Source: Deltaproteobacteria bacterium
GTDB lineage: Bacteria > Desulfobacterota > Binatia > HRBIN30 > CADEER01
DNA: 64,000 bases
Direction: 5' to 3'
Assembly (NCBI GenBank): GCA_029262455.1
Contig: JAJCZJ010000020.1
Coordinates: forward strand, 325,078-389,077
The notes under the pieces: model-generated
What the model was told of the DNA's origin: nothing
What the model saw: the letters and a program-made list of their open reading frames with translations, nothing else
Databases searched by the model: none
In this document: positions 30,674-37,802 of the stretch, piece by piece
Position numbering within the stretch: position 1 is the first letter of the stretch
How the letters are laid out: every line of letters begins with the position of its first letter
Program-made: the position numbers and the translations under genes

Positions 30674-31942
30674 ATGCCGACATTTGTTGGCGACACCTTA
30701 CCGGAGGCGCTTCGAGCCTTGGACTGCTCAAAATCCATCGAAACTCGTGTCCTGCCGCGCGCAGTGGCCTTCGGTCGCTTGCTTCTCGCTATCGCGGCGG
30801 CACTTGCCGTGGTGACAGCTCCGCATAGGGCGCCGGCAGCCCAGATCAAGTTCACGGGATTTGCCCAAATCAACGGCGCCCCGAGCGGACCGTTCGCAGC
30901 ATTCACAATGAATGAGGTCGTCGATATGACGATCACGATCGACGAGACTACGGCCGATTCGAATGGCGCCGGCGGCGCCGGATCATACAGCGATCCGACC
31001 TCGACCGCATTGTTCGAGGGACAGACCTCCGTGCAGATGGTCACTTTCACCGGCTTCGGCTTCGAACTCCTCGATTCGACGCGACTCGACCCGGCCAACG
31101 GCCTCGTCTCATCGAGCCCGAGCGCGGCGTACGTCGAGGACTGGGACCTGACCAACCTGTCGCCGATTTCGAACGTCGACGACCTTCCGACCATCATTGC
31201 CGAGTTGCCCAATGTGAACATTGGAACCGTCAGCGCCAACTTTTCGATACAACAACTGCCCGCCGGCCCGACCACGCTCTTCCTCGGGCTCAAGCCAACC
31301 GTCACGGTCACCGACTTTTGCGGCAACGGCATCGTCGAGGCCCCGGAAGCGTGTGACGATCCGGTGTGTTGCAACCCGACCTGCACCGCAATCATAGCGA
31401 ACGGAACTGAATGCCGCGCTTCAGCCGGCGTCTGTGATGTGGCCGAGACCTGCAGCAACGGCGCATGCCCCGTCGACGGCTTCGCCTCGATCGGCACCGT
31501 GTGCAACCCGTCATTGGGCGTCTGTGATCCAGAGGAAGTGTGCAGCGGCTCGAGCGCGGAATGCCCGCCGGACACGCTGACTCAGTTCACCTGTGGCACG
31601 ATCTGCGGCGCCCCGGTAGACGAGTGCGACGTTGCCGACATCTGCGTCTCCGGCAACGTCGATTGCCCACCGATGGGGACAATGTGCACACCGACACCGG
31701 TTCCGACTCCGACGCCCACGCCCGTTCCCGAAAATGGGTCCGGGGACGGGGCTTGCAGCGACGGTCTCGACAACGACAACGACAACCTCATCGACTGCGA
31801 CGACCCTGATTGCCTCGACGTCGAGGCATGCGAAACCGTGCACGCACCGACGCTCTCGCCAGGTGGATTGACGATCACCGTGCTCATCCTCGCCCTCATC
31901 GGCTTGTTGGCGATGGGGCGGGCAGTGCTCCGGAAGAACTGA
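30674..31942 (+). CDS. Secreted Cys-rich protein with disintegrin-like motifs, a PT linker, a DxDxD motif and an IPTL-CTERM-like tail
   Basis: Inner part of ORF 30086..31942. Start is ATG 30674 or GTG 30764 (MAFGRLLLAIAAALAVVTA signal). CGNGIVEAPEACDD, three copies of C-x5-CD-x2-E-x-C-x(4,5)-CP-x-D, TPTPVPTPTPTPVP, DGLDNDNDNLIDCDDPDC, APTLSPGGLTITVLILALIGLLAMGRAVLRKN. Confidence 0.7.
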   Translation: MPTFVGDTLPEALRALDCSKSIETRVLPRAVAFGRLLLAIAAALAVVTAPHRAPAAQIKFTGFAQINGAPSGPFAAFTMNEVVDMTITIDETTADSNGAGGAGSYSDPTSTALFEGQTSVQMVTFTGFGFELLDSTRLDPANGLVSSSPSAAYVEDWDLTNLSPISNVDDLPTIIAELPNVNIGTVSANFSIQQLPAGPTTLFLGLKPTVTVTDFCGNGIVEAPEACDDPVCCNPTCTAIIANGTECRASAGVCDVAETCSNGACPVDGFASIGTVCNPSLGVCDPEEVCSGSSAECPPDTLTQFTCGTICGAPVDECDVADICVSGNVDCPPMGTMCTPTPVPTPTPTPVPENGSGDGACSDGLDNDNDNLIDCDDPDCLDVEACETVHAPTLSPGGLTITVLILALIGLLAMGRAVLRKN

Positions 31943-31962
31943 CGGCCGAGGTGCCTGATCAA

Positions 31963-32469
31963 ATGAGCGACTCCAAAAAGACAAGAAAGCAGCTAATCGA
32001 AGAACTCGAACAACTTCGTGGTCAAGTCGCGCAGCGACAGCAGTCGCAGTCGGACAACAGTGCACCGGCGCTTGCCGGCGACGTTTCACGACGCACCGCG
32101 CTAAAGGTCGCCTGGACCGCGCCGGTCATTTTGGCAATCCCTCTCCAGGCCGATCGCTCTGGCGCCCAACCTCCGGTCGGAACGGTGGCCCCGGGCTGTC
32201 CCACCATGACCCCGACCAACGCGGCCCCTCCGACTAGCTCGCCGACCTTGTTCCCAACGACCGCTGAGCCGACGATTTCGCCGACTCAACCAGTCCCGAC
32301 CACCAGGTTGCCAACGTCCAGTCCCACGAACGACCCGACATTGCGTCCGACCACCAGCCCGACGATCCCTGCCCCGACGGCTATGCCGACGGCGAGGCCG
32401 ACCACCAGCCCGACGATCCCTGCTCCGACGCTTTCCCCGACCCCTGGTTTCCCGACGCTTTCCCCGTAA
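31963..32469 (+). CDS. Pro/Thr-rich small protein with a conserved N-terminal helix and an SRRTALK Tat-like motif; candidate substrate/precursor 1
   Basis: Inner part of ORF 31810..32469, ATG 31963 lies 20 nt after the upstream stop. MSDSKKTRKQLIEELEQLRGQV...DVSRRTALKVAWTAPVILAIPL, then about 90 aa with about 26 Pro, mostly as P-T. Paralog of 45413..45892. Confidence 0.7.
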   Translation: MSDSKKTRKQLIEELEQLRGQVAQRQQSQSDNSAPALAGDVSRRTALKVAWTAPVILAIPLQADRSGAQPPVGTVAPGCPTMTPTNAAPPTSSPTLFPTTAEPTISPTQPVPTTRLPTSSPTNDPTLRPTTSPTIPAPTAMPTARPTTSPTIPAPTLSPTPGFPTLSP

Positions 32470-32473
32470 TCAT

Positions 32474-32520
32474 CGGCGGTCAGCCCGCAATTCGGTTGAG
32501 AAACCGCCGTCGCTTTCTTC
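32474..32520 (+). terminator. Weak stem-loop directly after the candidate precursor gene (possible attenuator)
   Basis: CGGCGGT (32474-32480) pairs with ACCGCCG (32503-32509) across a 22-nt loop, followed by TCGCTTTCTTC. Not a canonical intrinsic terminator. Confidence 0.2.
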
Positions 32521-32611
32521 AGAGGACTTTCATCGTCCCCGCCCAATCGTGTCGAACACCATACCGGGCCTCATCCGCGTCAGCGCAAGCACCGTTCCGA
32601 AAAGCTAGCAA

Positions 32612-33976
32612 ATGTCGTCAGGAAACAGCGTAGAAACGCCGCCTACCAACTCTGGAGACTCCCCACGAGCACGGGGTGCGGCGGCTCGGCGGGTACGTCC
32701 GCGGCAGCGGGGCGGGCTCGAGACTTTCGAAGTACACAACGAAATCGTCGTGCTTCCCGGCGAGGGGGACCGCGTTTACGCGCTGAACGAGTCCGGTAAG
32801 GAGATCTTCGGCCTCTGCGACGGTCGCCACACCCTAGAGGCAATGGTCGACCAACTGGCGTCGAGGTACGACGCGCCTGACGTCGCGATCATGGGCGACG
32901 TGTCCGCAGCGATATTCGACCTCCACGGCCTCGGGCTGGTCGATATTCCTCCACCGGCTGACGCAGCTGCATCGATCGAGCCGCAGACCTCGGTCAAGGC
33001 ACGACCCAACGTGCGTTTCGTCTTCGGCATAGAGGACGTGCCCTATTTCCACTGGCAGCTTGCCATCCTCTTCGAGTCGCTCGTCGGCCAATTGCCCGAC
33101 GGTTGGGACGTCACCGTCGTCGTTTGCAACGACGAAGCACCGATTTCCGACGAGCTCATGAAGATCGTTTCCGAGTACGGTGTTCGCATCATGACCGGCA
33201 CCAGTCTCGCCGATCGCCACAGTCTCGACTTCGCCGGCGGCGGTGATCGCTACGTTCCGATGAACCGAGTCGAAGCACTCAGCGTCATTCGGCAAATCGT
33301 CGAACCCGAAGACGTCGTTTGCCTTCTGGACACCGACGTCTTCCTGTACGGCAACCTTCAAGAACAACTCTTCCCGACCGGCAACGCAATGGCCCGCAAC
33401 TGGATCATCTCCGAAGATCGGTACTTCGCGTTCTCGACCAACAACGAACGAGGACTGTCGCTCCCGAAGCTGCTCGAAGCCCTGGGGTGCGAGCAGGAGT
33501 TCAAACCCGGTGGCGTAGCGGTCTTCTTGACGGGAGAGACGATCCAACGCGAGCGCGTCATCCCCGACATTTTCCGTTTCCTTCAGGTTCTGTTCCTGCT
33601 CGGGAAAATCGTCGACGCACCAGCGCACGGCGTTTGGGTCGCCGAAATGGCATGCTTCGCAATGGCCATGTACCCCAACGAAATCGACTACGAGCTTCTC
33701 GACATCCCGCAATTCGCCGTCCAGGAGCAGCATGCTGAAGTCGCCCCCGACGGTTCGTTCTTCCACTACTACACCGACATCAACGACGGCGGGGGATCAA
33801 ATGGTCCGTTTTTCGAATCGCAGTGGCATAAACAGTTATTTCACCAGTCCAACATGCTCCTCGAAGACTTCGACAGCTTCAGAGTGAACGCCAAAGGCCG
33901 CCTCGAGCAGCGCTTCTTCGAAATCGCCGACAAGGCGAGAAAGCGCCTTTACGGCATCGAACGCACGGGCAAGTAG
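32612..33976 (+). CDS. PqqD-like domain fused to a GT95/GT96-like (HPAT / peptidyl-Ser galactosyltransferase-like) glycosyltransferase
   Basis: PqqD-like VYALNESGKEIFGLCDGRHTLEAMVDQLASRYD...AIFDLHGLGLV. GT part: FVFGIEDVPYFHWQLAILFESL, VVCLLDTDVFLYG, VWVAEMACFAMAMY. Confidence 0.6.
   Translation: MSSGNSVETPPTNSGDSPRARGAAARRVRPRQRGGLETFEVHNEIVVLPGEGDRVYALNESGKEIFGLCDGRHTLEAMVDQLASRYDAPDVAIMGDVSAAIFDLHGLGLVDIPPPADAAASIEPQTSVKARPNVRFVFGIEDVPYFHWQLAILFESLVGQLPDGWDVTVVVCNDEAPISDELMKIVSEYGVRIMTGTSLADRHSLDFAGGGDRYVPMNRVEALSVIRQIVEPEDVVCLLDTDVFLYGNLQEQLFPTGNAMARNWIISEDRYFAFSTNNERGLSLPKLLEALGCEQEFKPGGVAVFLTGETIQRERVIPDIFRFLQVLFLLGKIVDAPAHGVWVAEMACFAMAMYPNEIDYELLDIPQFAVQEQHAEVAPDGSFFHYYTDINDGGGSNGPFFESQWHKQLFHQSNMLLEDFDSFRVNAKGRLEQRFFEIADKARKRLYGIERTGK
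32717..32947 (+). other. PqqD-like (RRE-type) domain, copy 1, N-terminal
   Basis: aa 36-112 of ORF 32612; pattern L.LN..g..IW.LCDG..T..EI...L matches PF05402 by eye. Confidence 0.6.
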
Positions 33977-33980
33977 AGCC

Positions 33981-34598
33981 GTGTTGTCAATGTTCGATAC
34001 GCCCGCACACCTCGAGCAGCAGACGCGCGAGCAACAGGCCGCAGCCCGGTACTGCGGGCTCGGCTTCAAAAAGGCCACGCTGCCCTCCGAGGTCTTGCAA
34101 CGGTTGCGCCAACACCTGGAAACGAACAGCCGCCGATTCCGCGCCGAGGAGCCCATCGACTACCTCGTCAACCCGGACCCCGGGAAGATTCCGGCCCTTT
34201 ATTTCGAGGACAAAGAATTCAACGCCACCCTAAGTCGCGAGCTACAAGGATTGCACGAAGAGTGGGCCGGAAGGAGTCTGACCGAGTCCGCCTGCTACGG
34301 CATCCGCGTCTATCAACGCGGCAGCTTTCTCTACAACCACGTCGACCACACCGACACACACATCATCAGCTCTTCGATCTGCGTCGACCACCGCCTCGAC
34401 AAGCCGTGGCCCCTCTACGTCGAGGATATCGACGGCAATCCCCACCAGATCGATCTCGACCCTGGCGACATACTGTTCTACGAGGGAGCCCGCCTGCGAC
34501 ACGGCCGTGCCTATCCACTCGAGGGTGACTACTACGCATCCATTTTCGTCCACTATCGACCCGCAAATCTCTGGTCTTCGCGGCTCGTTGGCACCTAG
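33981..34598 (+). CDS. 2OG-Fe(II) oxygenase, prolyl 4-hydroxylase-like
   Basis: YGIRVYQRGSFLYNHVDHTD (HxD) and distal GDILFYEGARLRHGRAYPLEGDYYASIFVHYRP. Lies 4 nt after the upstream stop. Confidence 0.7.
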   Translation: MLSMFDTPAHLEQQTREQQAAARYCGLGFKKATLPSEVLQRLRQHLETNSRRFRAEEPIDYLVNPDPGKIPALYFEDKEFNATLSRELQGLHEEWAGRSLTESACYGIRVYQRGSFLYNHVDHTDTHIISSSICVDHRLDKPWPLYVEDIDGNPHQIDLDPGDILFYEGARLRHGRAYPLEGDYYASIFVHYRPANLWSSRLVGT

Positions 34599-34640
34599 TC
34601 GCCGATTTCGTTAAGAACACCCGAAAACGCAGTATTACTC

Positions 34641-36644
34641 GTGAGACATCTACTCTATACAAACTACCAGTCCGGTCAGTCGGGTTTGAGCAACGGCATC
34701 ATGTCGATCGAGCTGGGCGTGGTCCTCGCGTTCCTGACGAATCGGTTTCTCCTGCTCGATGGCAACATCTCCCCGCCGGCCAATATCGTGTCGTACGGCG
34801 ATCGAGTCGACAACAGCCAGCCGAGCCGCGTCACCGACCTGATCGACCTACCGGTCGCCTGGAGTGAGCCAGGAAGCGTCGACGTGTCCAAGTTGCCGTT
34901 CCTCGAATTGAGCGACGACCATCTGGGGAGTGCCGCGTTCTATGTCCCCGGCACCGTCGACATCCGATCCGCCGACGCGGAAGCGTTCGCCAACGGCAGG
35001 ACAGTGTGGCTCAACGCTGGCGGCTCGCTCGACGAGATCCCGGTGCTGCGAGTGTCCGAGGATCACAGCAAAGACAATCTTCGATACAATCTCAACTACT
35101 ACTCGTACTTCTTCTACCTCGACGACGAAACGCGTCGCTCCGTCTACCGCATGCTCGAGCGGATGCAACCAAAGCAGGACCTAGGGGAGCTGGCGAAGCG
35201 CGTCGCCGGCGATCTCGGAGCATTCAACGCGGTGCACTTGCGACGCGGTGACTTCAAGGTGACCTATGGAGTCACCACCCTCGACCGTCAACCTTGGGAA
35301 GCAATCGAGGCGCTCGAGCATCACTTCAAACGCGACGACACTCTGGTCTTCGTGACCGACGAGCGCGACGACCCGTTCTTCGACGAGATCAAGAAGGTCT
35401 ATACGCATCACGTATTCATCGATCACCACATCCTCGACGACTACGAGAAGGACTTCGCCGCATTGCAGCACCGCGACAGCATCGCCTTGGCCTATCTTTC
35501 CCAGCTCGTGGCGGCCGAATCCGCCGACTTCATTGGCACCATGACCAGCACGTTCACCGCCATCATCCAGCGCTACCGCGGCAATCGCGGCAAGGCCGAG
35601 AGTTTCAAGTACCTTTGGAACGAGCTCCCGGACGACGGCGATCGTCTCGAACGCGGCCGTCATCCGGTTAGTGAGTGCGTCCCGATGGACCGCGGCATGA
35701 TGGTCGAAGAGTCGTCGGGTCCGTACTCATGGAATCGCTACAACAAGAGGATCGCCGCCAACTGGATGCGCGAATGGCCCGAAAGTTTTCTGACCCAAGA
35801 GAGCCTCGAAACCGGCAAATTGACGACCGGGGCCAGCCCCGTTGCCCGCCCCATCGTTCTGGTTCGTCCCGAAAGGACGAAAGTCGAGGTCGCGTTCGAC
35901 GGCTTGAGCATCATTCTAAACTCGCAAGTGCCTCGCGTTGCGACCAAGCTGAGCGAAGCCTTCGAATCACGCCAAGCTGCGAGTCCAGCGAACGTCATCG
36001 GGGAGTTCGAGGTTGCTGAAGAAGACGGCGACTTCCGTCTTCTGCAACGCGGCCAGGAAATCGCCACCGCAGCAAGCTACGAGGAGTTGGCGCGCACGTT
36101 AAAACTCCGCATGGTGCCGATCTTTGTCGGTGCGCGCCGCCGGCACGTGTGGCTGGAAGCTTTTTCCTTCCGTAGAGCAGGCCATGCGCTGGTTCTCGCC
36201 GGCGACATGGGTCCTCCATCGGACTGGCTGCCGGACGCCATGTGCTCGAACGGCTGGGAGCTGCTGTGGGACGAGATCGTCCCGATCCGCCTGGAAGACT
36301 GTACCGTCACACCGTTCGGCCGCACGACCTGGCCGAAGGGCGCAGCCCTGCGCATCGACCGTACGCCCTGTCGCGTCAGCGGCCTGATCGTCACCAGCCG
36401 ACAAGTCCAGCGCCGCGACACCTTGACCGTCTTGTCCCCAGCCACCGGGGTGGCGGAGTTGATCGGCCGCTGCGTCGACTTCCGCACCGACCGCAAGCGG
36501 GCGGTAGAACGCCTGTGCAAGCTGGTCGAGAAACGAACCGTAGGCAGACTGTCCTTCAGCCGCGCCGAGACCGCTGTCGATCTCCTCACGCGCCCCTTCC
36601 TCGACGCGGAGCGTGAGTCCGCCCACGGTACAAAGTCTGCATGA
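34641..36644 (+). CDS. O-fucosyltransferase-like (PF10250-type) GT domain fused to an HprK-related-kinase-like domain with a degenerate P-loop
   Basis: GLSNGIMSIELGVVLAFLTNRFLLL, FNAVHLRRGDF, ADFIGTMTSTFTAIIQRYRG. C-terminal half: VEVAFDGLSIILNS...HVWLEAFSFRRAGHALVLAGDMGPPSDWLPDAMCSNGWELLWDEIVPI. Confidence 0.55.
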   Translation: MRHLLYTNYQSGQSGLSNGIMSIELGVVLAFLTNRFLLLDGNISPPANIVSYGDRVDNSQPSRVTDLIDLPVAWSEPGSVDVSKLPFLELSDDHLGSAAFYVPGTVDIRSADAEAFANGRTVWLNAGGSLDEIPVLRVSEDHSKDNLRYNLNYYSYFFYLDDETRRSVYRMLERMQPKQDLGELAKRVAGDLGAFNAVHLRRGDFKVTYGVTTLDRQPWEAIEALEHHFKRDDTLVFVTDERDDPFFDEIKKVYTHHVFIDHHILDDYEKDFAALQHRDSIALAYLSQLVAAESADFIGTMTSTFTAIIQRYRGNRGKAESFKYLWNELPDDGDRLERGRHPVSECVPMDRGMMVEESSGPYSWNRYNKRIAANWMREWPESFLTQESLETGKLTTGASPVARPIVLVRPERTKVEVAFDGLSIILNSQVPRVATKLSEAFESRQAASPANVIGEFEVAEEDGDFRLLQRGQEIATAASYEELARTLKLRMVPIFVGARRRHVWLEAFSFRRAGHALVLAGDMGPPSDWLPDAMCSNGWELLWDEIVPIRLEDCTVTPFGRTTWPKGAALRIDRTPCRVSGLIVTSRQVQRRDTLTVLSPATGVAELIGRCVDFRTDRKRAVERLCKLVEKRTVGRLSFSRAETAVDLLTRPFLDAERESAHGTKSA

Positions 36645-37630
36645 CAGACCAAGCAACCGCACCGCGCCAGATCGACATCCGCATCTCCACCATCGGCGGG
36701 CACGAGTATCGGTTGAATCTCCGCGAAGACGCCGTCCATTTGCGCGACCTCTTTACTCGATTCGTCAACCGACCGGCGACTGGGGCTGTCCGAGCTCCTG
36801 AATTCATCCAACTGCCCCTCGACGGAGGCAACGCTTCCTGCACGATCGCCGTCGATCAGATTGTGTCGATCGTCACCACGCCACCAGTCGTCATCGAAGT
36901 GCAACAACCCGCCGTCGAGCCAAACGTAATTCCAGATGTGCCGGCAGTGGTCGCGCCACCCCAGATCCGGCGCGCACACTACACGGTGATCGACGACTTT
37001 CTCACCGTCGATGAGCACCGAGACATGCTGGCGTTGGCATTGAGCGAGAAGGACAGCTTCGAACCCGGTACGGTGCAGGGTGAACCGAGTCCACACCGAC
37101 GAAACAGCGTCATCATGAACTTCGCAGACTCGGCGCACGGAACACTGCTGACAAGTCGTCTGCTCGTTTGGTTTCCATTGATCGCAAAGGCGCTGAAGGA
37201 ACCACTGTTTCCGCTCAAGACGGTCGAGTCGCAACTGACCGCCGCCAACGACGGAGACTACTATAAGCCTCACCTCGATACCGACGGGAAGACCCCCGAT
37301 TTCCGGGTCATCGCGTGCGTCTACTATTTCTTCCGCGAGCCAAAAGGGTTCACGGGCGGCGACCTACGCCTCTATGATTCCATCGAAACAGGTGGCGAAA
37401 TCTGTCAGGCGGATTCCTTCCAAGACATTCGGCCGGCAAGCAATCGCTTGGTCGCATTCACCTGCGAGACCTTCCACGAGCTGCTCGCGACTCGCTGCCC
37501 GTCCAAGGATATCGAAGACAGTCGTTTTGCGGTGACCGCGTGGTTTCACCGCAGCGGCGCACCGGACCCCGACGCCAAGTTCGGTTGGGGACATTATCGT
37601 TGCGGCGAAGTTCCGGAGGCACTGCGGTGA
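36641..37630 (+). CDS. Unassigned N-terminal ~80-aa domain fused to a 2OG-Fe(II) oxygenase (PF13640-like)
   Basis: ATGA overlap with the upstream stop. YYKPHLDTDG (HxD), GGDLRLYD, NRLVAFTCETFHEL, RFAVTAWFH. Confidence 0.7.
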   Translation: MTDQATAPRQIDIRISTIGGHEYRLNLREDAVHLRDLFTRFVNRPATGAVRAPEFIQLPLDGGNASCTIAVDQIVSIVTTPPVVIEVQQPAVEPNVIPDVPAVVAPPQIRRAHYTVIDDFLTVDEHRDMLALALSEKDSFEPGTVQGEPSPHRRNSVIMNFADSAHGTLLTSRLLVWFPLIAKALKEPLFPLKTVESQLTAANDGDYYKPHLDTDGKTPDFRVIACVYYFFREPKGFTGGDLRLYDSIETGGEICQADSFQDIRPASNRLVAFTCETFHELLATRCPSKDIEDSRFAVTAWFHRSGAPDPDAKFGWGHYRCGEVPEALR

Positions 37631-37802
37631 GCAACGCGAGGGCTCGCTGCTCGAGACCACCGATCCTCGCGCTTTCGACCAAAGGTAGCGAAGGCGCGCC
37701 CCCCGCCGCACCGGGTACTGTCATCAGCAGCCGGCGAGTCAGCCACCTCGCTTTCGCAGGCTTGACCGAAGCCCCCGGGATCAGAGGCAGAGTGCGTTTG
37801 TC

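Noticed and set aside
37631-37802. A hairpin (AGCAACGCGAGGGCTCGCTGCT) lies directly after the stop of 36641..37630, within a 172-nt gap.
   Set aside because: The stem is short and bulged with a minimal loop and no U-tract. Not convincing as a terminator without RNA data.
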